From Takakia lepidozioides (Eukaryota; Plantae; Bryophyta), in assembly GCA_030704615.1 (NCBI GenBank), contig CM060731.1:76632001-76696000 (forward strand): a DNA stretch of 64,000 bases, in the 5' to 3' direction. Shown piece after piece: positions 22,890 through 34,100 of the stretch (the first letter of the stretch is position 1; the number at the start of each line of letters is the position of its first letter). The notes under the pieces were generated by a model. The model was not told the DNA's origin, searched no databases, and was given only the letters and a program-made list of their open reading frames with translations. The position numbers were made by a program, and so were the translations under genes.

Positions 22890-25800
22890 ACCTGACCTAA
22901 TTTTTCCTTTGTACTATTTGGAGGTACCTTCCCGAGTAGAACTCATGTTTTTGGAGGTACCTTACAAATTTGTAAGGTCTTGCTAAGCTGGCAGGTAGGC
23001 TGACAGGTATCTTACAAATTTGTAAGGCCCTGCTAGGTTAGGTTTTCACGTTGTAAAAGCCCCTGCTAGGTACAGTTTTCACGTTGGGGAAGGCCCCTCG
23101 TGTCGGGCCTTCTTGGATTTTCGGGCCCTCGCCTTAGGCATGCACCCTCGTCTGCACGGCCCTTAAATCCAGGAAGGCCCTCCACTCAGGGCTTTCCCAT
23201 AGTCGTATGGCTGTTTTTTTCCCTAAATCATGTATGATATTATTATCGATAATTGTCTCCATATGCAGGTGTTGGTTCCACCCAGGCCAGGCTAGTGTTC
23301 CAGCCCACCTCCACATGCACACTGGGGGTCCCACCCCCACCATATACTCTGCGAAATAGGGAGATGGAGAATTATGAACTGTAGACTCATACAAGCTGTA
23401 GATTTACAAGCTGCCACTAAAACTGAAACAAAAACAAGAGTGAAATTGCAACTGAAACTCAAAAAACACAAGCATGCATCAAAACGCATTGTTCCATACA
23501 TCAAAACAGAAGTACACATCAGGTTGACAACAAAATTATGTTCACAGTCTGAAAAATCGATACAAAGTCTTCTCAAATTACTTCATAGTCTCGAAACTGC
23601 TTCAAGCGCTAGGTACATCATCTGCAATATACAGCTACAAGCTTTCATGGTCTGAATCTCAACCCTATCATGGTGAATCTCAAGTTCTACCAGCTGTCGC
23701 AGTCTGAATCAAAACTGCCAAGCTATCTCCGTAGTTATCTCCACATGAGGTGTCTAGGTCAATCTTTTCGAGTCATATCTGGAAGAGTGATCAAAAGAGC
23801 ATCAAGAATGACTTCCACATGACCATCGAGATTCGTTGAAGCTGTATTGGCCACAGAAGCTTCTTAAGGAGATTTCACTTCATCACTGCCAAGAAAGGCC
23901 TCCCTCTTCTCTCCCACTACAGGAAAGGAAATAGCAGCTGGTTTTGCAAAATCCCCAAGCACAAATCCTCCGCTGAACAATATCTTTAAGGTGTCTTTAT
24001 CCAAAACATTTACAACTACACAATTGGTATACTGTTGGTGGCAATAGAATGAGAGAGAAAATTTTCCACAGAGTTGTCCACCAAATTAATGTTCATTGCC
24101 TTCTGAGCCACTTCCAACTGAGCAGCTGAAAAAGAACTTTTCAACATATTGGCCAAATGAGCCTTAGAGTAATCAGCAAAATCACCACTGTACTTTTCCT
24201 TCAAAGCACTATCAGTAGATGCAATAGGTGTACCAATAGGCTCAGATCTTATAGGCAGCTCAGATCTCACGGGCGCAGAATTAATGCACAGACATAGAAG
24301 GAGCCACAGGCAAATGAACTAGCACTGGGACTGCTATTGGCATCTGCACCTCACAAGGCTCACTGCTAGAGCATGCAACCCTTAAATTCAGCCCCCGAGG
24401 AGGCTCAACAACTGATCCATTCAACTCATTGCTTGTCCTAATATCCTCAAGCTCCTTCAAAGCATCCTCAAAAGTGCGACGTACACCATTACGAAAAAGC
24501 TCAGCAATACAACTCATAACTGCTCTTTTCTGCACCTCAATAGTATGGTCATAGCTCTTGTAGGAAGTCTCATTTCGATGGCCAGTAAGGAGCATTCCTG
24601 TTGGGACCTCTGCCTGAATCATAGTCTGGATTGCAGCATAGCGTGGACTTTTATTAGTGTAACCAGGCCCTGTAGTAGCATCAATAAGTGTCATCATGTT
24701 TTTTATCCAACTCCCAAGGGGCTTCACCCCAAGATTATTGGTGTTGTACCAAGCATTGGATCGAGGATTTCCAGCAATAGGCTGCAAGAAAATGTGTCGA
24801 CCCTTGCTAGGATCATCTTTCCTGGGAGAATGCCTCAGAAGCTGCCTATATGTCAACACAACATCTTCATCATAGCAAGGAATTGAGTCTCTAAAATTGT
24901 CCTCTTGGAATCTACTTGTAGAGATAGTCCCTTTGAGAAAACAATACAAAGGTTCCATACATATCAGCCCCTTCCTGAAAGTCAATGTCCTGCAATGCAT
25001 GGACCTCTTTCTGACCACGCACCATGAAGCATGACAGACAGTAGAAACACCACATTTTCAGCAAACCTGTAGCATTAGTAATCTGGTGATCCGGATCATT
25101 GAGAAGGTCAACCTGACCTCTCCAAGTAGTTGGAGTACTCTTTTTCCTCTTCTTGTTAGTTCCACTTTCACACTCATATCCATGTGTAAAACCAGAGCAC
25201 CACGTGCATGCTCAAAATAAGGGTGAGTCTGAATCAAAATTGGCCTCTCATCTGCACGGTTCCTCATAATACGAGCAAGCTGAGCACGACGTATTATTCT
25301 ACCACAAGCAGAAAACATCATGGAGAGTGTTGCACTAGGGTACAAATTTTCATTCAGCTTCTTCAGAGAAAGGATAAATGGCATAATGTGTTCACCAAGC
25401 ACATCAAGGGGCAATCCTTTGGTTTTACATCAGTGTCCATGCCAGAAGCTTCCCTCCAAAAATCAAAGCGCTTGCGGAACCACCCTTACTGCGATTAATC
25501 CCTCCCCTATCAATTAGCTCCACATCATCAGGATTCACCACAAGGAAGAGGCTCACAGGATCTGTGATTGTCTCAACGTCACCCAAGCCATCAAGGCCTT
25601 CGTCATCATATTCCTCATCGACATTTGATATCTCGATTATCTCCTTGACTATCTGAGCCTCATTAGCGACCTGAGCCTCATTGGCTACCTAAGAAAGATC
25701 CGGAATTAGATCAAAATTAGGTACATCTACTCGAGGAAGTACAGGAACCTCGTCGATCGTCATAGGAACATGAACCACATCAGGTCATGGATGACAACAC

Positions 25801-26400
25801 GGTAGTAATCTAATACATGTGCTGCACCAGGTTGAAGAGTGTTGCGAAGAGGCCTGGGAAGGATCTTCGCACCGCCACGAGCTCCACGCCGTGCGCGTGA
25901 GCCATTGAAAACTCCTCTAGCATGCATCATTGCGGCAATTCACAAGCATCTCACACAAATCGTAAGCACGCAACAAGAAGACATCAGAAAATGGACAGAA
26001 TGAAGGCTCCGAAGCCAAAAGATAGGAAGGCGGGCATGACAAGGAGATGACCCCGGAATCGTCGGATGAAAACCCATTTTGGATGAAAAGTTTGATGACA
26101 AATAGCCATACCGACATATTAAGTAAGATAATGTCCATCCATCGAAGCAATCTCAAATAATCCTCGTAGCAGACTCGCTGCTCATGCAGCTCAGATTATT
26201 CTCGATAATGCTCCTCCACATTGACATTATCTAATACATAAATAATTCCCAGAGCCTAAGTAATGATGCTACGTTGAGTTCCAGACTATGTTGATACGCT
26301 GAGGACCGTAGTGCATTTTCGTTAACAAAAGGCAGCAAGGGCCGAAATTCATATTGAAGGGGCTAGAGAAAAGGAACCTCGACAAGGCCGTGACGCATAC
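22890..26400 (-). mobile_element. Crypton-like tyrosine-recombinase DNA transposon, degenerate; ends approximate
   Basis: It contains the tyrosine recombinase pseudogene below, with no RT or gag nearby. GC-rich GGGCC/GGCCC hairpin motifs lie at 23085-23200, with an inverted partial match (GCAAGGGCCGAAATTC) at about 26336-26351. Confidence 0.65.
23700..25926 (-). pseudogene. Tyrosine recombinase of the Crypton/DUF3504 (KCTD1/ZMYM/QRICH1-like) type, frameshifted
   Basis: Joined frames give LGEHIMPFILSLKKLNENLYPSATL; ATGLLKMWCFYCLSCFMVRGQKEVHAL (first catalytic Arg); IFLQP..NAWYNTNNLGVKPLGSWIKNMM; YTNKSPRYAAIQTM...LLTGHRNETSYKSYD (HxxR as KSPR, then His and Tyr). Probable ATG at 25926. Confidence 0.8.
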
Positions 26401-26510
26401 AAACGGGTAGTCACCAAGAGAAAAAAGAAGGCAGAAACCTAATGATAAGGAAGATTCAGAAACAAGCCAAGTGTAGTGAGAAGTGGACCACAGTTTTTTT
26501 TATTTAATAA

Positions 26511-27527
26511 CCTTATATATACTTAGATTTAAAATAAAAATGATAGCATCTATCCTACAAATTATACAAATTGATAGTTTAGTATTCCAATGACGACCGC
26601 TAGGTCAGAGCTGGCTGACCATAAAATGATAGCATCTATCCTACAAATTATACAACTAATAGTTTAGTATTCCAATGACGACCGCTCTGTCAGAGCTGGT
26701 TTAGCATAGATGACCATAGGATCATAATATCGTTTTCCACAGCCGACATGACAAAATCCAGATAACCACACTACAATTTCGGGGAAGAAAAAGAAAAAGA
26801 AAAAACCCCTTTAAAACCTTAAAAACGGTTGATACAATTTGTTGCTTTTATCTTTTTTCTCTTTTGTGTTTCTTGCTTGCATGTTTAGCGTAGATGAGCA
26901 TAGGGTCCATTAGTTGTCAATATAGTTTCATAATTATGACAAAGGAAAGAGGCTTGGGAGAGAGAAGAAGCTTACATATAAATGTTGGGCCACTTGACAA
27001 CCAAGTTGTAACCCAATGGTAATGGGCACATATCACGTCGGAAATGGTTGTGGGTTCAATCCACCAATTGGTGTCATAAAGGTGTCCACCTTCCTGCTGG
27101 AGGCAGTAGCCTTTCGGGGTCAAGAGACACCATAATTTACGCTTCCTTCGGGAGGTGTCATATATTATATTATTGGGTCACTTTTTATACTTTCCATTCA
27201 TGATTGATGTGACCCACATGCGCATTGCCAGATATTCTCTCGTACAAAAAGCTGTAGTAGAGGTTTTGGTATGAAATGTGAACCTTGAATTGCAAGAAGA
27301 ACCCAATATTTGTTCGACTTGAAGAAAACTTTGTAATTGTCTATGCAACTCATTTTGCTTTGGAAACAACCTGGACACTAACATTATATCACATCAAAAA
27401 TAGATCTTCGGGGACTAACTATATAACAAATTCGACATTTATGCCGTTTCCAAAATACACACAACAACCAGTTAATAGTCTTAACATCTTGTTACCGTTG
27501 GTAGTGCGGAGCAACGCGGACCCCTAG
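26511..27527 (+). mobile_element. Probable non-autonomous Helitron (contains an 86-bp tandem duplication and SINE copy 2)
   Basis: 3' signature GTGCGGAGCAACGCGGACCCCTAG|T, with CTAG at 27524-27527. Putative 5' end A|CCTTATATATACTTAG (a TC start would be expected). An 86-bp duplication starts at 26537 and 26623. Confidence 0.5.
26996..27172 (+). mobile_element. tRNA-derived SINE (copy 2) with TSD
   Basis: A-box-like TAACCCAATGGTAA, B-box GGTTCAATCC and an AT-rich tail. It is flanked by the direct repeats TTGGGCCACTT (26985-26995) and TTGGGTCACTT (27173-27183). Confidence 0.8.
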
Positions 27528-27652
27528 TATTTTTTTTTTTTAGTATACTTTTAATATAGTTTTTTAGGATTACATGCAAAATTGAAAAAACTATATAGCC
27601 ATAACATATATTTCAACACATAGTAACGATATACATATACTATGGACTTTAA

Positions 27653-28426
27653 CCCCTAAAGGACGACGCGACTCTATTCAGGTCGCGTCAGATTACTTGC
27701 CACGCTCTAATTCCCATGGATGATATTGGATGGAAGTGAACCTTGAAGATGAATTGTACATGTCAGAGAGGAGCACACGTGGGAATTTACAGCGCCAAAA
27801 AATCATAAAAGCTCTGCTCCCTAGAATTTTGCAAAGTGCCAGGGTTTCATGAAATCCAGTGTTAGAGCACCATCCTGCCTACGTGGCAGCCAAATGGGCA
27901 ATCTTCAAGATAACATCTAGGGCTGAAAATTTATCATAATGCCAAAAAATTTGGACAAGGCACCAAGAAATGTTATTGTGCACTTAAAACAAATGTCACC
28001 TCATGGGTGTACTTGGCCAAAACAAGATTTTTTACCCCCCAGATTTCACATACAAAGCAGCCCCCAATAATTTTGGCATTTTGGTGAGAGATTTTGGGAG
28101 ATGACCTGTTGGTTGCCCCAAATCTGGAGTCTGGAGGCCATTGCTTCAAGAAAAAATGTAAAATCACCAAACTTGCATGGTCAAAGCAATTTTTCCTCTT
28201 TTTTTTTGTTCATGGTCTCAACTTGTTCAATTTTCTTTTGTTATAATCTACTAAATGGAACAGTCAAAAGTGCTACAATTTTCTGAGGACCTTCATGTAG
28301 TAGGTAGGGATGAAATGGAATGGTTCATCCAGCTGGATGTAAGGGGGCAGGAAGTTACAACTCAGCAATGGAGGGTATGACCCACTTTTTGGGAAAACTC
28401 CCAAAAGTTAGCTTGTCCTTTAGGGG
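27653..28426. mobile_element. Non-autonomous piggyBac-like element, 774 bp
   Basis: TTAA lies on both sides (27649-27652, 28427-28430). The TIRs CCCCTAAAGGAC / GTCCTTTAGGGG match perfectly over 12 bp and imperfectly to about 21 bp. Confidence 0.8.
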
Positions 28427-28584
28427 TTAAAAGTTGATTACTATGGACAGCAGATGTTACACATAAAATTTTATGGACTAAAAAAAATATCATGTACACT
28501 CAAATAATGGCACAAAGGAAAAACACACTAAATGCGCCATTATAAAATCCAACCCAAATCCACTTTTATATGGCCTAGTTACCT

Positions 28585-30266
28585 TAGGATACAGAAATGT
28601 TTCCCCTGTCAGGTTTCAAAGTCAGAAAGAGTCAGACCTCATGGATTATTGCAACCTTGGTCTGTTCTTGGATGGAATTGGGAATCCATTAGCATGGATT
28701 TCATTGTGGCTTTGCCCAGGACCAAAAATGGCCATGATAATATCATGGTGCTTGTAGATATGCTATCTAAGATAGCCCATTTGATACCTACAAAGATGAG
28801 TGCTACGGGGATGTTGTTCATGAAAGAGATATTCAGGATCCATGGTCTACCTCGTGAGATTATTTGTGGCACGGATTCAAAGTTTACAAGTCATTTTTGG
28901 ACTGGCTTGTTCAAGAAATTGGGAACCAAGGTGAGGCTGAGTATGGCATTTCACCCAGAAACAGATGCTCATATAGAAAGAACCAACCGTACAATAGAGG
29001 ATATGTTGCGAATGTACGTTGGTGAGAGACAATCTTCTTGGGAACAGTTTATATATTTGGTGGAATTTGCCTATAACAAGCATTTCCACAGTGCCATTGA
29101 CATGAGTCCATTTCAAGCCTTATATGGACAAGATTGTTTAGCTCTTGCTTCGCTTGTTGCACCACCATCAAATGTGCAGAGTGTAAATGACAGAATTAAA
29201 GAAATGCACTCTGTACTGGATCTGGTGAAGCGTAGTATGCAGGCTGCACAGGAACGGGCCAAGTTCTTTGCTGACAAACACAGGACTTTTCGTGAATTTG
29301 CTGTTGGTGATATGGTATTCTTGAAGGTCACACCTAAGAGAAGTAATTCGACACTTGACAAGTGTTACAAGCTGTCACCAAGGTTTTGTGGCCCATTCAA
29401 AATCCTAGAACGTCATGGCACAGTGACCTATGAGTTAGATCTGCCTCCAACATGGAAGTTCACAAAACTTTCCATGTCAGCCTTCTCCGGAAGTATATGT
29501 CAGATCCATCACACATCTTGCCCACGTTGCCTCAAGCTATGAGTGATGGTCAACTGATGGCTAAACCTAAAAAGATTCTGGAAACGCGAGTGAAACACTT
29601 GCAAAACCGATCTTACAAAGAGCATTTGATTAAGTGGTTGCACTACCCCAAGACAGGCTACTTGGGAGAAAGAATATGAACTAACATTGAGTTACCCCTC
29701 ATTTTCTGTCATTAAGGACAATGACCTATCTTTGGGAGGGGGAATTTGTTAGGTGCCTAAGCTCAGAATGGAACTGTGGAGCAGTTCGCTAGATAAGTAA
29801 GGCAACCGCTGAAGACTCGCGACAGGTGACGGACAGCAGACAGCTGTAGGTGATGAAGACTTGGACAAGTTTGTGATTCTTCATGAGACTAGGGATTCCA
29901 GAAGATGACGAGAGCCAAAGATGAGGAGAACGATGTCGGGCTGCAGGTCCTTGAAAGGGGCTGAATTAGAAAAGAGAATGTGCAGATAAAGAGTAAGGCA
30001 CTGCGTGGAGGTTGGGTGGACCGGAATTGGCATCCGGTGCAGTGCCGTTAGAACTATTGATGTAGATGCAACTTCTGCTCTTTTGGGTTGTCAAGAACCA
30101 GAAGTGTGAGTATCGTCGCTGTATAAATCGTGTGAACATGGTGTTGGATTTGGAATGAGATCAACTGTATTTGAGTTCATGTCACAATTCAGATATGATT
30201 TGAATGGAATATGGGCTATAATTAAATTTGGGTTGAGAGTTGTGATCAAATTGGACCTGCCCTACG
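28585..30266 (+). mobile_element. Ty3/Gypsy chromovirus 3' remnant: integrase, chromodomain, PPT and 3' LTR
   Basis: Motifs CFPCQVSK, WESISMDFIVALP, AFHPETDAHIERTNRTIEDMLR and GPY/F (RFCGPFKI), then a frameshifted chromodomain PKKILETRVK..EHLIKW. PPT GGGAGGGGGAA at 29734-29744. The LTR starts TGTTAGG at 29747 and probably ends at CCCTACG, about 30266. Confidence 0.92.
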
Positions 30267-30601
30267 GTTGAAAAGTAGAGAGAAATGGCAATTTCAGCCC
30301 CACCTTCCGGTGCCCTTTCTGTGGCTGTAAAGCTCTCTTTCGGACTGCAACATTGTCTTCATACTTCATACCCTATAGTCCGCTCACCGTACCCTACACA
30401 CTTCCATGCACTGATATATTTCCTTCTGTCTCAAAAGATTTCCAGGGATTGCATACGAAATTGTCTTGACACTTCTCCGATCTGCCATACACTTGTTTCA
30501 GAAACTGTTCCAAAATTCAGCACTACACTTTACACCGCGAAGAAGGAGGCCATGTGGGAGACGGACTTGCAACTTCATCCCAGCTCTTGAAGTTGCTACA
30601 A

Positions 30602-30689
30602 ATGGATGGATATATGTTCCATCCACGTATGGATATATGGATATATGGATATATGTTCCATCCATGTATGGATATATGGATATATGGAT
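30602..30689. repeat. Tandem repeat (ATGGATATAT/GTTCCATCC units) split by the LINE; continues at 39767-39808
   Basis: tatggatatatgttccatccatgtatggatatatggatatat is present on both sides of the LINE. Confidence 0.9.
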
Positions 30690-31179
30690 TTTTATTTTAT
30701 CTTATTTTTAAGGAAAATGGGTAGTAGCCCTGGGTATTTCTTAAGTTTATTTGTCGGGGAAAAAAATTAAAACCCCTATGACTCGCCATGTAGGCACACA
30801 CACTGTAGTCAGTGACAGATTGAACTACCCTTGCTTGAGAAGGACACACACTGTAATCAGTGATAGATGGATCTATCCTCTCTTGAAGAGTTGATTGGAA
30901 CCTTAAACCTCATCCATATGGGGTGGATGAATCGTGTAAAAGCAGCTAAGTGCTAAAGAACGGCCCTATGGCCTCCATCCTGCACGGATGTTTTTTTCCC
31001 CGTTTCGGAGAGATGCAGTAAGGAAAACTAGGGCTAGAATCCTATGCTATGTTGTTAGGGGGTCGCGACGGACAAGCCTCGCCTGCCAGAGGCTTTGTAG
31101 TTGAGTGATTGTGCATGCGAAATCAACTGAATAGAGGAATATAAGTTTATGAGAGCGAGAAGGTGGCGAGAACGATGAC

Positions 31180-34100
31180 TATCGGAATGTCAGCCTGGCT
31201 GTTGTCTTGATATGCCTCCAGTTTATATCCCTATCGAATTCCGGGGATGCCGCCATGGAGTGCCGACCCGAGATTTCTCCATCTGACTGGGGGGAGCGCT
31301 GTCCAGTTGCAGCTTGACTGATCGGGAGAACTGCAGATGTGTCCGTTGGTGGCCTAGGTGTTTTTGAAGGCTGCATGTAGTGCTGCTGCACATTGAGGTG
31401 CTCTTTGAATGTCTACACATAATTTTATCCAAGCCTTTCTTGCCTCAATTTGCAAATCCCAGAAGATTCTAGCTAACAAGACTGACAAAGAGCATGTGGA
31501 CCTTGAGAAAGACCAAGCACAGTGCGCTTTCCATATGTGCCATAGCGTGGAGGCTCGCAAGCATTCGAAGACCGGACATTCGTGAGCCTGTCCTTTGGAG
31601 TTCATATCATAATTAAGCAGGAGGGTGATGGGTAACAGGGGCTGCGGATTCCAATCTTTGTAGAGCCCTTTAACTGCGTTCCAGACTTTAACTAGAGCAT
31701 GGCATCCTAGAAGGCAGTGCTCCAATGTTTCTATCAATCCCGAAGTACAGCAAGAACATAGTAGTGCATCGTGGAATTGGAGCCATTCTCCCACCTTAAG
31801 TACCCTATTCGCGATCTGCCATAGGAATGCCGAGATTTTTGCAGGCCTAGTTTTTATCCATATGGATTTCCAAATTGCCTTCCAGTTTTCATTTTGAAAG
31901 CCAAAAGATTGTCATTTGGTGTTCCATTTGACATGGAGAGGCTTAGGATCTACCAAGGCCTTGTAGGCCTTCCTAGTGGTGTAAGTGAAAAAAGGGACCG
32001 GCGAATTTTTGAAAGTCCAAGTCCACTCTTTGGGGTCGAATTGTAGTTCTGCCAGGGGTCTTCCCAGCACCCATAGGAAGGAACTCTCTGCCAGCCAGGT
32101 ACAAGTAGGGATGGATGGATCTGGCTCGGGGTTCATGTCTTTCGTGGGGGAGGTCCAACAGCAGACCCTTATCGGTGTATGAGCAAACAATGGAATTCGT
32201 AATGAGTCTCTACTTTGAAGGGACGGGATCATTATTATAGGGTTAATGTGGAATGGAAATCCAACGAAGCAGTCATGTAGCATGTCCTTGATAAAGAATA
32301 CTGTCAGTTTGCTATTCGTAATCCCTAGAGACCAGAAGTTGGTGTTGGGTTTAACATGACATGCTTGAAGAGTTGGGAGCCAGACAGAGGGGATGGAGTC
32401 TTTAACAATTTGGTGACCATGATATAGTCTGGCCCTTCCTACTTTGAGAGCTAAGTGTTCGGGCTCATGAAAGCCGCGGCTGTTCCATAAATCATTAACT
32501 TGGCTGACACCCTTCCTGTCCCAGAAAGACCAGCGATGTGCCTGCGATTTTTGCGTGAGAGAGGGGGGGTTGTCATTCAGGAAGATGTGCTACCTCAGTA
32601 TTTCCTCATGGTTCTGCGGTTCCGATTTTTTGAGGAAGGGTCTGAACCTCCCCCAGGCTTGCCATATAGAAGACCATAGAGATGATCCTGGCGATTTATG
32701 TCTGAAGCCTTGAGACACCCATCTAAAGGAGGGGTTCCATTGAGAGTTTTTGAGAGGGGACGAAGCCTGAATGTGTCCTGTCACCAAGAATTTCCACCAA
32801 CCCCCCTTCGGACCGAAGAATCTGGGCAACCATTTACCTAGCAGTGCTGATATTTATGTGTTCGGGTCTATAAGGCCAAACCCCCCCATTTTTTTGGGGA
32901 GACAGATCTGTTTCCACGATACCTGCGGTCTTTTGCGATTCGAAGAGCTGCTTTGTGCTCCCCAACACTACAACAGATCGCGATAATTATGACTGCCAAA
33001 CCGTGGTAATCATGGTTTTCTTGACTTTGACCATGACTGCACCATGTTTTTATATGAAATTGACTTCCCGCAGTCGTTCATACGACTGTAGTCATATAAA
33101 CGACTATCTAAGTAATCGTCTATATGACTACATGGCTCCGGAATGGGCGGAAGGCTGGTCAACGACAATTGACCAGATTTAGCTCACCACTGATAGTCAT
33201 TTCCATTACTACAATGTACATGGATGAGGTTACATAGTCATGATGACTACTGGGGATTTTGTAATTTGGTGTGTATAATACAATTAAAACACCATATGAT
33301 CACATAAATAACTAATGGGTGTATTGGTTAGCAGGTAGTGAACTATAACTCTTATAGTAAAGAGGTTGGAGGTTCAAACTCCTCTAAGTACAATCAAATG
33401 GATAAGATGGCCCTAGGGTTAGTAGGCGAACTAGGGATAGCATATGGCACCTTAGATGGGTTGTCATGTGGTTTTTTCTTTATTATAAAATGTATTATGC
33501 CACGTGGCCCAACGCGGTACGACGCGACATTTGACATTTTTTTATAAAAAAAATTAATTTGTTTGAAATTTTTTATTTTATTTTATTAATCAATTGCGCC
33601 TCGCCACGCCTGTTCCTTAAATTTTATTTAAAATTATATATATAAAACGCTCGCCACGTGGCGCTGCAGCGGCGACTGCAATATGGTATATATGACTGCA
33701 GTGAGAGATATCACTTGGTTTATCTGACTGTAGTCATCCGGACCGTACCATCCTATACTCATTGTATTCACTTGGTTTGCACGACTTATAGTCATAGAAG
33801 TCATATGTACCGTTTATGACTGTAGAATAGTCATATATACAATCTTAAATACCGCGATCTGTTGTAATGTAAGCAAAATTCCTGAGAAGAACTTTGATCT
33901 GTTTGGTTTGTGAAGAGTTGGGCCTCCAAGAGGATGAGAAGAACCAAATCCCTGCCGAGTGGATCTGATTTACTGCTAGCACCCTACCAGTTGTTGAAAG
34001 GTGTTTGGAACCCCAGAAGGAGAGTTTTTTTTTCAATTTCGCTATAGTGGGTGCGAAGCGTTGCTCATCTGTGAGGTTCACTCCATAAGTATAGCCCAGG

